In this document: positions 13,526-25,600 of the stretch, piece after piece
Numbering within the stretch: the first letter of the stretch is position 1
Layout: each line of letters opens with the position of its first letter
Source: Phallusia mammillata
Lineage: Eukaryota
Assembly (NCBI GenBank): GCA_965637545.1
Contig: OZ281500.1
Span: forward strand, 18,662,001 to 18,726,000
Length of the DNA: 64,000 nt
Direction: 5' to 3'
Translations under genes and position numbers: made by a program
The notes under the pieces: generated by a model
What the model was told of the DNA's origin: nothing
Seen by the model: only the letters and a program-made list of their open reading frames with translations
Databases searched by the model: none

Positions 13526-13625
13526 GCATAATGTAAACTGAGCAGTATAAACTCATATGCTTACGTATATGTAACGTTATATCTACGTAAGCATATGAGT
13601 TTATACTGCTCAGTTTACATTATGC
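13526..13625. repeat. 100-bp near-perfect palindrome
   Basis: Perfect 42-bp arms (13526-13567 and 13584-13625) around a 16-bp spacer that is itself 6/8 self-complementary, centred on AACGTT. Confidence 0.9.
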
Positions 13626-15388
13626 TCGGTCACCTGTACAGGTTATGTACCCTTCGTAATATATATATATATTTCTATATAGTAGCGGTTAGCTGTTGTC
13701 ACATGTAATTATTTCGTAATATAGTTTTATAATTTACTTTAAAAAATATTTTACGCAAAAAAAGTAATATTTTGCTAAGTCCGTACCTCTTGATTTTGTG
13801 GAACGTACTGCTCAATGTAGCTGTGTAAAAAAGTTGTTTACTGTGAACTAGTTCCTCATTTTAGTCCATGACAAAGAAAGTGAGACAAATCAAGCATAAA
13901 ATTCCCTCATTGCACGCTAAATGACTCTGTAAAACGCATGTTGTTTTGCTAGCCATGCCACGCCATGCAAATGAACAATCTTTATAAAATTACATACTTT
14001 GCTTAAGTTCTGGACACACTCCCTTTAATGTCAGACCATTTCCATCAACTTCAGGTTCGAATAATATGCACCACTACCTCCAAAGGCAGAAAAAGTATAG
14101 AAAAAAAACGGAATCCAAAGAAGCTAAACACAATTAAAAAATTAGGATAAAAAGAAATGCAACACATCTTTTTTAAATAAATTTCCTGCAAAACTAGATA
14201 TCTATTCAACAAAATGGTGATGATTTCCACAATACGTATTAGCTTTGTCCTTTAGGATCTTTGCAGAACAAGTTTACTAACTGTTCTAGATCCCTCGAAG
14301 TATATGACACCTTTTGAATTGCTTAATTCTTAGCTGACATGATATCATTACTTGTATTTTGTATAGACAACAGTCAGTAAATAAGTGTGCATTTTCTTTT
14401 AGGTTGATCGTGAAGGCGTTATACCGAATAAAGCTGGTATCCCAAGCATTCCCATGTGGTAAAGCACAGACCAAAATTCTAGCTTGCGGTGCGATTTGAA
14501 CTCAAAGCAGTAGTCACAAGACGGTGCTAGTGATTCGACTTTCGGCCGGTTCACCTTTCTAGTCTCAGCCTTGCCACATGTTAATGCTTGAGAGACCTGC
14601 TTGACTCGGTATAACACCGCTGGTCTGTATGGACGATCTAGGGGTGATCCCAGTGAATGTATTTATCATATTTTTTATGTTTTAAGTGTCGAATTTATAT
14701 TATTTTGTGCTTGCATATTTGAGCACTTTAAGGTTATATCAGAAGTTGACATAGGGGACCTTAACAATAAAAGCAGCCTCGCCAAAAAGCAGCGGTCAGA
14801 AAAACCTACCCACAGTATTTTTTAAGGCACGCCAAACGATTTGCTAGTCCCTGTTCATGTCCTACTACCTATTTGACATAACCTAAAGTCTCAAACCTCT
14901 CTTCTGCTTATTTTCATTTCGTTAGGATGAACTACAACCCATTTTGACACAATAAGTAAATTGGCACTCGGCGTTCAAAAGATTGCCCTCTCCTGCGATA
15001 AAGCAATAATCCTGAAACAGCATTGCTTTAAATTCAATTTAAAAGCCTGGTTTATATTTTAGCTTTCACCTGAAAGCTGAAAGCAAAACATTTTTTATTT
15101 TTCACACGATTACAAAAATGCATTAACGCCAGTGTTTTAATAGCAGCCAGAAAATAGTTTTGCTCCTGCGCCTAAATTATTTAGCATACAGTTAGGTTAG
15201 CATACAGTTAGGTTGCATGCAGACATATTTTAGTTTTTGGTCTAATAATTTAAGTTCACTGCTGTCATAGCTCACAGGAACTGAGGATGCCATAAACATT
15301 TGCAGGAATATATATTCTGTGGAAATACTTTATACAACGGGTAATTCTGTTTGGCCTAGGTTTATACACTGGGTTTTAGATTATAATG

Positions 15389-16811
15389 TTAGGTATGTAC
15401 CCTGATATCCACCCTTTCACTAATAGTCGTCACTCCATCCCTTGTTTTAATGTTTGTCTGTTTTTTGTAGTGGACGACTTGATTTGGTTCTCTTGCAACT
15501 GCGACCAACTTGTTTTCTATGTCTTCGTCATTTTCGTGATCGTCGTGATCTTTACGCAGATAATCCACGCAGAGTCCAAGAAGAATGATTGGCAAAACAA
15601 TGGGATGGAAGACGAAAATAAGTAGGCAAAAAAGCATTTTGTAACAGGTCTTTTCTGCGAAAAAACATGATATGGTAATGCTATTTTTTTCGGGGATAAT
15701 TATGAGGATGTAAATCCGTTTCATAGTTTATTTTGACAATAAATGATTAATAAATCATAAATATTATGCTCGGTCTCGTAAAAACCTTATCAAACGATTG
15801 CTCGTGAAAATAAGACCGCTCGTGCGTTTATCTCAACGCACAGTCCGCGTCGACCCGCCTAAGATGTGTTTTTCAGGTTTTAGCATAAAATTTTAAACCC
15901 GGATTGTCCCAGGGATTTCCGATTCTAGGATTTTTCAAATTAGTCAATCATTTGGTCCCGACGACAATACCCATTTGACCAGGGATCGCCAACCTATAAT
16001 TTATGAACTTTCAGGCATTTGTACAACTCTAAACACTAAATCAAACAACTTTTACAGAATTAGAAAATTAATTTTGGTGAACGTAAATGATCGTGCGTTG
16101 CGGCTCCGATAGAACCACAATTTTTATATTTCTTACAACAAATCCCCGGTCTTCAATTTAAACGGATGTCGACTTGGCATTAAACCAGGGTTACCAAACC
16201 GTTTTCACTCAAGTTCGACTTTTAAAGTAGTCGAACTTTTGAGTTCTACAATTCACACCATTTATTTATTACCAAAGGATAATTTGCATTTTTCGAGCCA
16301 TTTTTTTCGAGTACAAAATAACAATTAACACATTGTGATTCGTGGTGTGAACTTATCGACATATCCCTTCGAATAATTCCCACAATAAATCAATCTATGT
16401 ACAGCGACATTCCACAAAAACGTGTTATAAAAATGGATAAATAAGGTGTTGCCTCCCTTGCGATCGACTTAATATCAGTCCAAAAACGACCACTCTACCT
16501 TAAACAGTTTAAAGTTTTCAACAAAATTCAACCAAAATATTTGTTACTCACTTTTCTGAAAACAAGTTTAGCTGCTACCTTATAGAGTGAAAAAAAGTAG
16601 AAAATATGGGTACATGTTGACAAGTTTTATTTAAATTTTGATGACATTAGTCTTTTGGTTGGTTAGCCTTTACACTTCTCACTTTTATCCGACAAGCTTG
16701 AGCGAAACTTATGATTAGTTTCGGTTTGGTTATGATGTTTGTGAGATTGTACAAATATAGTCCGAGTGTGTTTTTTAACTTCTATTTACCTTCGTCGTCA
16801 ATTGATGACAT
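15389..16811 (-). CDS. Array A gene A5 (divergent beta-hairpin-tail member)
   Basis: Exon 16811-16790 (MSSIDDE, G|GTAAAT) plus exon 15654-15389 (TTTCGCAG): EKTCYKMLFCLLIFVFHPIVLPIILLGLC...QVVHYKKQTNIKTRDGVTTISERVDIRVHT. Confidence 0.8.
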
Positions 16812-18778
16812 CTTGCTATTTCTTTGTATTCAGTTGTAGCAATGATTTCACTTAACTTTTTTTGTACTTTGGTGACGAAAAAGCTGTACAAATCCCAACA
16901 GAATAATTGTGAGATAAAATTCGTCGCACTACTAACATATATCACCACATGCCAATTTAGCAAATTGGCCATAAAACCTTTAAAATTTTCATATTTTTTT
17001 CAAAACGGTCCCTTTGCCATTATTTCGGGGGTTCGAGGTCCTTAAGCCTAAATGTGTATTTCATAAAAACAAAAGTTGATTGCAGGATTTTAGCCAGTTA
17101 TGCAAATTGCGCATAACAATCATCCAAAAACAGCATGTGACATCACAAAACGGACAAAAAAAAACATTACGATTGTGCGCAAACAATTGCATTTTTGATA
17201 GTTATCATTCAATAAAGGCCATTGTTTAGCAATGGAGACAGTCGATTCTCAACTCCACTTTGATTTAAACCTATTTAGTGGCACGAACTGACGCTAAATA
17301 AGATTATAGATTTACTTCAAACGCTTCGCGGTCCCCCCAAAATTGCCTCACGGACCCCTATAAGGACCACGGACTCCAGTTTGGAAACCGCTGCACTAAA
17401 GGGACGTTACCTTTCAAAAAACCTATAGTCATAGGATTGACGCTTAAAAGATTTTTAGAATGGGTACGAGTTAAAGTGCTTACTCTCGCTGTAGATTAAA
17501 AACATGTTTAATTTACACCCCCTTTGTAAAAAATACGAAATTAAAAAAACGAGCCAAAAACGAAATTAAAAAAAATCAAATGAAATTAAACTCAGTGTGT
17601 TGGGTAAGTCTGTTTTTGCTAACAAATAAGATAAAAGTGCGGTTGGAAAGTGTTGGGTGCACATCCGTTTTTTGCCATCAAATTTTAAAAACATACTAGC
17701 TTCGGTCCTAAAACACTGAACTGGACAATAACCCACTCCAATCTATTTTACACAAAAATGCAAAATGCAGGAGTAGCATAAACTTATGTTTACGTTTTCA
17801 AAACAACCAAAAATATTCTGTCATTTATACTGTACTGATGTTACTTGCATCCAACGCTTACTACACAGTGCAGTTGTCACTGTTTAATTATGTCAAGCCA
17901 TTTGATTGGTGATTGCTCATTATGTCAATGTCAAGTGCAAGTACGTAAACAGAACTTGGTTAAAGTCCGCATAAGTTTGGTTTTCTTTCAGTTTTGCGTT
18001 TATAGTGAGCTATTAATTATCTTCAAGTCACACCAGAAAAAGTTTAGCGTACAAAGAGTGGATTTTTGAAATGTGCTCATCCGTTTTGCGTAATTTTACA
18101 GTCATTTTCTTGTAAAATGCAAAGTAATGCAACAACATTGAATGATATACACAGTTATACTTATTATACTGCCATAAATCTGCTATTCGTAACGGTTTTG
18201 ATCTGTCTATTTTTTATATTTTTGCCTTTGCATAACTTTTCTAGATTCATGAACTGTAAGGAAACAGTCTATGCATCACGTGAGGTGGTCGTGAAGTCAC
18301 GAAAACCTTACACGGAAGCATTTAAGCAAGTGGACCTACGGTTGAGAAACACTGCGGATGAAATATTGAGTTTTGAATACCAAGTTAGGTCATTGGAAAA
18401 TTGTCACTGATGATAACTAGCCTAAATATTAGGGAAGTCTATACTTCGTACACTTTACGGAAGAAACTAGTTAATTTTATTAACTGACATCGCCGAAGTT
18501 AAATAAAAATTAAAAAAAAAACACAAATTCAGTGACGCAAGAGTATACGTACATATTAAAATACCCACACAATTGCAAACAGCATATATTGTTGATCAAT
18601 GGTGCTATAACAGTAAATACCTAATGTGGTGAATACACGAAATTATAGGTTAAATTATGGTAAATGCCTAATGTTTCGAATACACGAAATACATTTTTAC
18701 GGTGCAGGATAAAATTAGGTTGTCACAATACCGCTATGGTCCTCATTGGGTTTTAGTCTTAATTCTTGGTGTTTGATT

Positions 18779-19661
18779 TCAGGTCTGCACGGTTACGACC
18801 TGTACTCTCTCACTGACCGTCGCCACGCCGTCCCGTATTTCAACTTCCTTTTGGACTCTGAAATAATGCACAACTCGCCGTGGGGCTTCCATAACATTGA
18901 CGACAACGGAAGGTTGTTCTACGTCATTATCTTCGTCATCATCACTATTCCTACAGCAACATCGCCAGCAGCATTGGAGAAGCTTGTATAACAAGTAGAA
19001 TGGAAGAAAAACGAGAAGTAGGGCTCCGATAATAATGCAACACACGCAACCGCACCAGGTCAGTTCTACTAAGAAAAACCAGGTCAGTTACGTTTGAATG
19101 CAGTAATTTGTTAGACTGTTAGGGGATTGTACGGTTGGTGTTCGGTACATTTTTTTACACAGAGATAGGATGTAAAGTGGTTTAGTCATTGCATTAACCC
19201 ATCTCAGTGGTGGATCACTGATGCAATGGCTTTAACATCATAACAGTAAGCGCAGTGCTGTTAATCATTTACCCATTTCGGCCGAATATGTTTCTTACCG
19301 AAGTTTCGGTTTTGGACGAATTTTTAAAAACTTATTTGATAATATGAAATCAATGTCTAAATATTCATAATCTGTCATTTAGTTACAGTAGCTAATTATT
19401 ACAAATTTGCGAACAAAAGTTTTCCGGACGCGTTGTTGGAGGTGTATGTTTTCGCAAGACTTCTTTATGTACAATTACTTGTGAATTTATTCCTAGGCAA
19501 GAAAAACACGTGAATTTCATTTCATTAACATATGCTTTGCGGTCGGCTTGCGTTTAAGCGGAACTTGAAATTTAGTTTCGGTTTTAGAAGATTGTGCAAA
19601 CATTGTCTGGGCGTGTGTTGCAACTTTAGTGTTTACCTTCATCTTCGTCTCTGGACGGCAT
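18779..19661 (-). CDS. Array A gene A6 (close paralog of A4)
   Basis: Exon 19661-19637 (MPSRDEDE) plus exon 19065-18779: ELTWCGCVCCIIIGALLLVFLPFYLLYKLLQCCWRCCC...RVVHYFRVQKEVEIRDGVATVSERVQVVTVQT. Confidence 0.85.
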
Positions 19662-20513
19662 TGCTTTCTGGAATGTTCTATTTTTCTGTCAAAGAGATCA
19701 TCAAAAACTAATTTGCTGTATAGCTAGACTTTTTGTGTTCTGGTGTAAGAGAGATAAAGAATGATAAACAATAAAATTCAATTAAAAAGTTAAAGACACG
19801 ATAAATCACAAACTTGAAATATCTAAAGGTCAAAATCAACTGACCAAAACTCTTCTTTGTCACAACACAATCTCTGGATAAGCTATAATCATTGGTTTAA
19901 AGCCTACTGGACGTTTGTACTTGTCGTATAAAAGTGTTGAATGCCTTCTCTAACTATGAAATACCTCTCTCTCTCTAGTCATAAGCACGTAATATGCAGG
20001 AATCGCTACTTTTCGTATTTTGGTAAACAAACTAATAATGTCTTTTGTTTATTCTTTATGAATGCTGGGATTGTAAGTATTTCTGCTTTCTACGTTAAAA
20101 GTTTTTATCCAGACCTTTACTCTTGACATCTTAGTCCTAAGTTCCTAACTACGCAGTTGGGCACTGGTCGGTTAAGTGGTTCCTCATTTTTGTCGCATCA
20201 ATAGCAAGTGTGCAAACAAATGAACTATTTAAACCAGTTTTATTCTCAGTTTGCTGGTATTGCGTTAATTATGGGCTTTAAATGCTGTTAAAGCTTTAAA
20301 CACGTAAGTTTAAATGCTATAAATGCTTTAACCACGTAAGTTTAACTGGCAATAGGTTGGTTTTAATATGAGTGCTTTGAAGGATTTCCGTTTATTTTCG
20401 GGCAGTTGTTGTATAAGGTAAAACTGAGGTTGTGGTGACAGATATATCGTAGTGAAAAGTGTCATAGTAAAGTGAGTTTTATGTTGTGTCAAATTTGATC
20501 GCAAGCTCTACAT

Positions 20514-20707
20514 CAGGGGTTCTTAACCATGGGTGCGAGAACTGTTCCTTGGGGGTGCGGGGAGGCTGAATCATTAAGGTTGGTTAGGTCTATTATATAT
20601 AAATACAAAAACCCAGCGGGGTCCGAAACCTGGTGGGTGATTGGAAAGGGGTGCGAAAATTGGTTGGTGATTGGAAAGGGGTGCAGCAAGGAAAAAAAGA
20701 ACCACTG
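20514..20707. mobile_element. hAT-type MITE, inverted copy of the 8059-8257 family
   Basis: TIRs CAGGGGTTCTTAACC...AAGAACCACTG; TSD CTCTACAT/CTCTACAC; internal sequence is the reverse complement of 8059-8257. Confidence 0.85.
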
Positions 20708-22407
20708 CTCTACACACTTGAGCACAGGGCTCAAACATGTTTGCTTAATTTTCATGAGGTAATGTTTTTTGCTCGATTACGTTGGTCATGTGTCCAAATT
20801 TTTGAAATGAAAAAACTATAGGCAGGTTCAGCATTTCACCGTCATGTTAATGATAGGTTACCTACAGATGCAACCATGACATCTCATTAACATGGACCCG
20901 AAACAAGTTTAGTTGTCTGGTATAGTTTTCTGCAGGGGAGATGCCTAATATGTTTCAAGTAGCCAAAAACTTTCCTTCAACAGAATAAACTGTTTCAAAA
21001 TGTTGCTGTTCTTTTGTCTTCCAGTGGTTGTTTTTCCCCTCGATTTCCCATTTGCAGATTTTGAAGACAATACAAGATTTAACTTACAAGATCTGCTTTT
21101 TCAAATCTAGAAAAATATCACCTTATTTGCAAGATCTACTCTTTCAAATTTACCCGCAAGTCTTTTTGTTAACATTTGTATGGCTGATCTTTACCTCTAT
21201 TGAAACAGTGAGCTTGCTAACTTATGTGACCAACCAAAGAGCAAATATTTAAAACGCCTGTAAGCCAGAAATTTACAATATACTCAAAGTTTATGAACAA
21301 TACCGTTTCAATATAAAGTGTTTATGATGCTGAAATCTTTAAAAAATTATCCAAAATCAAAAAAGCCCGAACATAGCAGTGGGCGATTTCGTCTACCGAG
21401 GGGGCGATGGTGACAATTTTCGAAATTGGGGAGCGATTTGACTTCAAAAGGGGGCGATTTTAACATTACTGATGGTATAAATATGTACAAGAACTGTGAG
21501 ACTCTGCTAACTTTAATTTACAAGCAGATATAATTCGTCTTGCAAACAAACACTGGGGACAAGGGACGCATCAGCATAAACATGCTGCTATTTGAATACA
21601 TTGTGTTTTCGGGCGTTTGTTTGTACTATTTGTGATCTCGAAAGCAAGGTTGTGCATTTAATTAGCCACAGGGGACAGGCTATGTATGGTGAAGGGCCAT
21701 ACTTTTTAAATACAACGGTTATAAGCTTTACCTCAAACTTGTTTCGCTTTCAATCTTCCTATAGGCCTACAATCACTTCCCAAATTGCGAAGTATTTGCA
21801 TCATTTAGGATTCTCCTCTACCGAGTAGTGCCCCTTGTCAATGGCAAATTTTTCTCAGATGCGTTAAAAGATGTGAAATGAACCTTGCGTGTTGTACTAG
21901 CAATTAAATTAGGTTTTAACTGCTAATTGAAGAATTCGTGTTTCTAGGTGAATATAACCGCCCACATCTGCTTAAAACCTTTTTATATAAATAACAGTCT
22001 CATAGGGGGGCGGTTTTGAGCCAGTGCCTTGGAAAGGGTCAAAGAATCTTGCAGCGACAAGTGGTCGAAAAGTTATTTAACATAACGGGAATGATAGTAA
22101 GTCCCTAATTTATAAGCTAGGCGAGCTGTAGTTTCCTTGGTTTGTAAGTTAGTTTTGCACACGATGTATTTTGCTTTTTATGTGGCGTTGAACTTTACTG
22201 GAAAATATTGAAATGTCCGTTTCCGTTGGCCTGCAATGCCCTGCACAACCTCAACAGATCTTCTGTATCGTGCTCCCAATAGTGTTTTTTTTTTCAACTA
22301 GTATATTTTACCCACGACAATCGTAACCACTAAAATTTACAGAAGCAAACACATAATAATAAAAAAACGGCATATCTTCAATTAAGCCAATGGATGAGAA
22401 TAAGTAC

Positions 22408-22652
22408 TGTTAACTTTATTTCCCAATTAAATTTATTTATTTGGTTTATTTATGCATGACTGATTTCAATGCTTGAGTGATTTTGTACATGTGGCAACTT
22501 GTTTGACCTCACCCTCAGCATGTTTAGTTTAGTAGTTCTTGTGTTGACTTGTGTGAGCAGCTTATGTGAAATACTTGTGTATGTTTCATATTTATGTTTT
22601 TTAATAACTTGTTTATGATTCTATTTGAATAAGATAATAAAATAACTTAGCA
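22408..22652 (+). repeat. 5' LTR
   Basis: TGTTAACTTTATT...AATAACTTAGCA, repeated at 26794-27038. Confidence 0.95.
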
Positions 22653-22653
22653 T

Positions 22654-22669
22654 TGGTAGCAAGAGGATG
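22654..22669 (+). promoter_or_regulatory. Primer-binding site (initiator tRNA-Met)
   Basis: TGGTAGCAAGAGGATG, 1 nt after the LTR. It matches the complement of the metazoan tRNA-iMet 3' end (TGGTAGCAGAGGATGG) with one extra A. Confidence 0.8.
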
Positions 22670-25600
22670 TCTAAAAAGGTGCCTCCCAAGTTTTGTGATG
22701 GCACTCCTTATTCATTTTGGAAGAATAAGGTGGAAATGTGGCAATTGGTCACGCCAGTTCCCAAAAAAGAACAGGCAATTGTTGTTGTACTAGAAGCATT
22801 TGAGGGTAATACGAAAGCAGAGAGAGCTGTTTCAGAATTAAGTACTGAACATTTGCACCATGACAATGGAATGCTGCGTTTGTTTGCCCATATGGATACT
22901 GCTTTTAAAACCGAAAAAGTTGATGAGGCATATACTGCCTATACAAACTTCACCCAATTTTCAAAACAAGAACTTATGTCAATGAATGACTACGTTTTGG
23001 AGTTCGAACATTTAAATCATAAGCTTGCACTTCATGATATGAAGTTGCCTAATACAATATTAGCTTTTAGGCTACTAGATGGGGCAAATCTTGGCCCAAA
23101 TGAGCGGCAGCTGGCCTTAACAGTTGCAAGCGACTTGAAATATGAGACAATGAAATCTGCTCTAAAAAGAATTTTTCAAAGTCCTAAGCCTTTGAACAAT
23201 GTTCAGGAAGAATCATATGTTGGAAGTTCTAGGTATGCGAAGAAAAGAATAAACAAGGGAAGCTTTAAACAAAACCCTCCAGATAAAACTGGTCGACCTA
23301 CAAGATGTAGGATTTGTGAATCTACCATGCATTGGGCACCTGAGTGTCCACACAGGAACAATGCACGTTGTGTAGGAGAAGTAGCAGAAGCTGTTACTGC
23401 AGATGTGGATCAATGTGAAGAGGTTGAATTAACCTTGGCTACTAACCTGTCTTCCAATGAAATTTTTGTAATTGAATCTTCACATTCTGCGATATTGGAC
23501 ACAGCTTGTACCAGAACTGTGTGTGGAGAAACATGGTTTAACTCCTACTGTAGCAATCTTGCAGCTAATTTGAAAGGAAAAGTGAAAGTTTGTAAAAAGC
23601 GATCAGTATTCAAGTTCGGAGATGGAGAAAAGGTGATTTCATCAAAAGAGGCTGTTATTCCTGCTTTCATTGCTGGTAAAAAGCTATCTATTAAAGTGTG
23701 TATTGTGGCATCACAGATTCCACTTTTGTTGAGCAAGGCATCATTAAAAAAGGCATCAACACAGCTTGACTTGTCACAGGACAAAGTTAAGATGTTTGGG
23801 AAGCCTGTCAAAGTTCATTTGACCAGTAGCGGTCAATATTGCATAGAAATATTACCACGGTGTAATAATGTCAATTTAAGTGATGATGTGCTATTGTCTG
23901 ACACTTTATCTCAAGATGAAGTTGTAAAAGCCTTGAAGAAATTACATGTGCAGTTTGGTCATGCTTCGGAGGAAAATTTGTTAAAGCTGTTAAAAAATGC
24001 TAATGCATGGAAAAAGGATTATGCCACTGTAATTAGTGATGTGGTCCAAAGTTGTGAAGTATGTGCCATACATAAACGTCCTGTTGCGAGACCTGTTGTT
24101 TCGCTTCCATGGGCAAGTGATGTGAATGAAACCGTGGCAATGGATTTACACGAAATTGAACCAGGCTTATGGTATTATCATATGATAGATTTGTTTTCAA
24201 GATTCAGTTGTGCTGTTATAATTAAAAGCAAGTCTTCTTCAGTGATTGTAAAAAACTTTTTAAAATACTGGATTAGCATTTTTGGTGCACCAAAGCATGT
24301 CTTAAGTGATAATGGAAGAGAATTTGATAATCAAGAATTTAGGGACATGTGTGCAAAATTTGGAATTTCAGTGAAAACTACTCCTGCCTACTCTCCATGG
24401 AGTAATGGTGTCTGTGAAAGACACAATATGATACTAACAAATATTCTGCAAAAAGTAAAAATGGAATCAGCATGTGATTGGGACACATGTTTGGCCTGGT
24501 CATTATCTGCTAAAAACTCCATGATTAACAATAATGGATTTAGTCCTAACCAAATTGTGTTTGGAAGAAATCCGCACCTTCCTTCCATTTTAACAGACAG
24601 TCTTTCAGCACTAGAGGATGGCTATGGAACAGTGGAATCACACATGGCGGCATTACATACAGCAAGAAAAGCATTTGTAACCTCTCAAACCTCAGAAAAA
24701 ATTAGACGTGCATTGCGTAAACAAACACGTCAAACGGGACAGATTTTCAACATTGGTGATCAAGTGTATTACAAACGTGACGATCAAGCAAAATGGAGGG
24801 GCCCGGGCAAAGTGTTGGGTCAAGATGGGGCTGTCGTGTTCATCAGGCATGGTGGGCAGTTTATTAAAGCTCATGTTTGTCGTGTGCAAGCAACACATAA
24901 CACGCCAGTGAATCATCAATCTGATATACAACATGAACCCACAATCTCCAGTCCGTCTTCTAATTGCATACATGGCGACAACGAAGATTCAAGTGATGAT
25001 GAAGTATCTAATCTACCACAGGCTCATACTTCAGAATCAACTGGATTGTTAGTTAAAGGAAAAAATGTTCTGCACAAAACAGTTCAGTTTTTAAATGATA
25101 AAGGCACATGTTGCACTGCCAAAGTGTTGAGTAGAGCTGGTAAGGCAACTGGAAAGTTTAAAAATTCATTTAACGTGGAATATGTCACTCCTGATGACCT
25201 TAAAGGCAAAATGGCATGGGTTAATTTTGATAATGTAGAGGACTTGTGTGTTTTGCCAGAAAATGTTGATATTATTGATGAAGTTTACCATACAGATGTT
25301 TCTTTTCAAGTTGCAAAGGAAGAAGAACTAAAAAGCTGGAAGAGAAATGGTGTGTATAAAACTGTACCTTACAAAAATCAAAAGTGTATCTCTGTACGCT
25401 GGGTTTGCACTACCAAAGAACATGAACAAGGAGTAAAAGCAAAGGCTAGACTTGTTGCCAGGGGATTCGAGGAGACTGATCGAGACACTTTAGATAGAGA
25501 ATCACCAACTTGTTCAAAAGATGGGCTAAGAGTTCTTCTGAGCATTGCCAAACAACAGAAATGGGAACTGAAGTCGATTGATATCAAAACAGCTTTTTTA

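Noticed and set aside
16186-17393. CAGGG...CTG ends suggesting one large hAT element capturing A5 exon 1
   Set aside because: TIRs and TSDs match poorly, and the enclosed exon 1 region is homologous to ordinary A6/A7/A8 sequence; more likely separate decayed MITE fragments.
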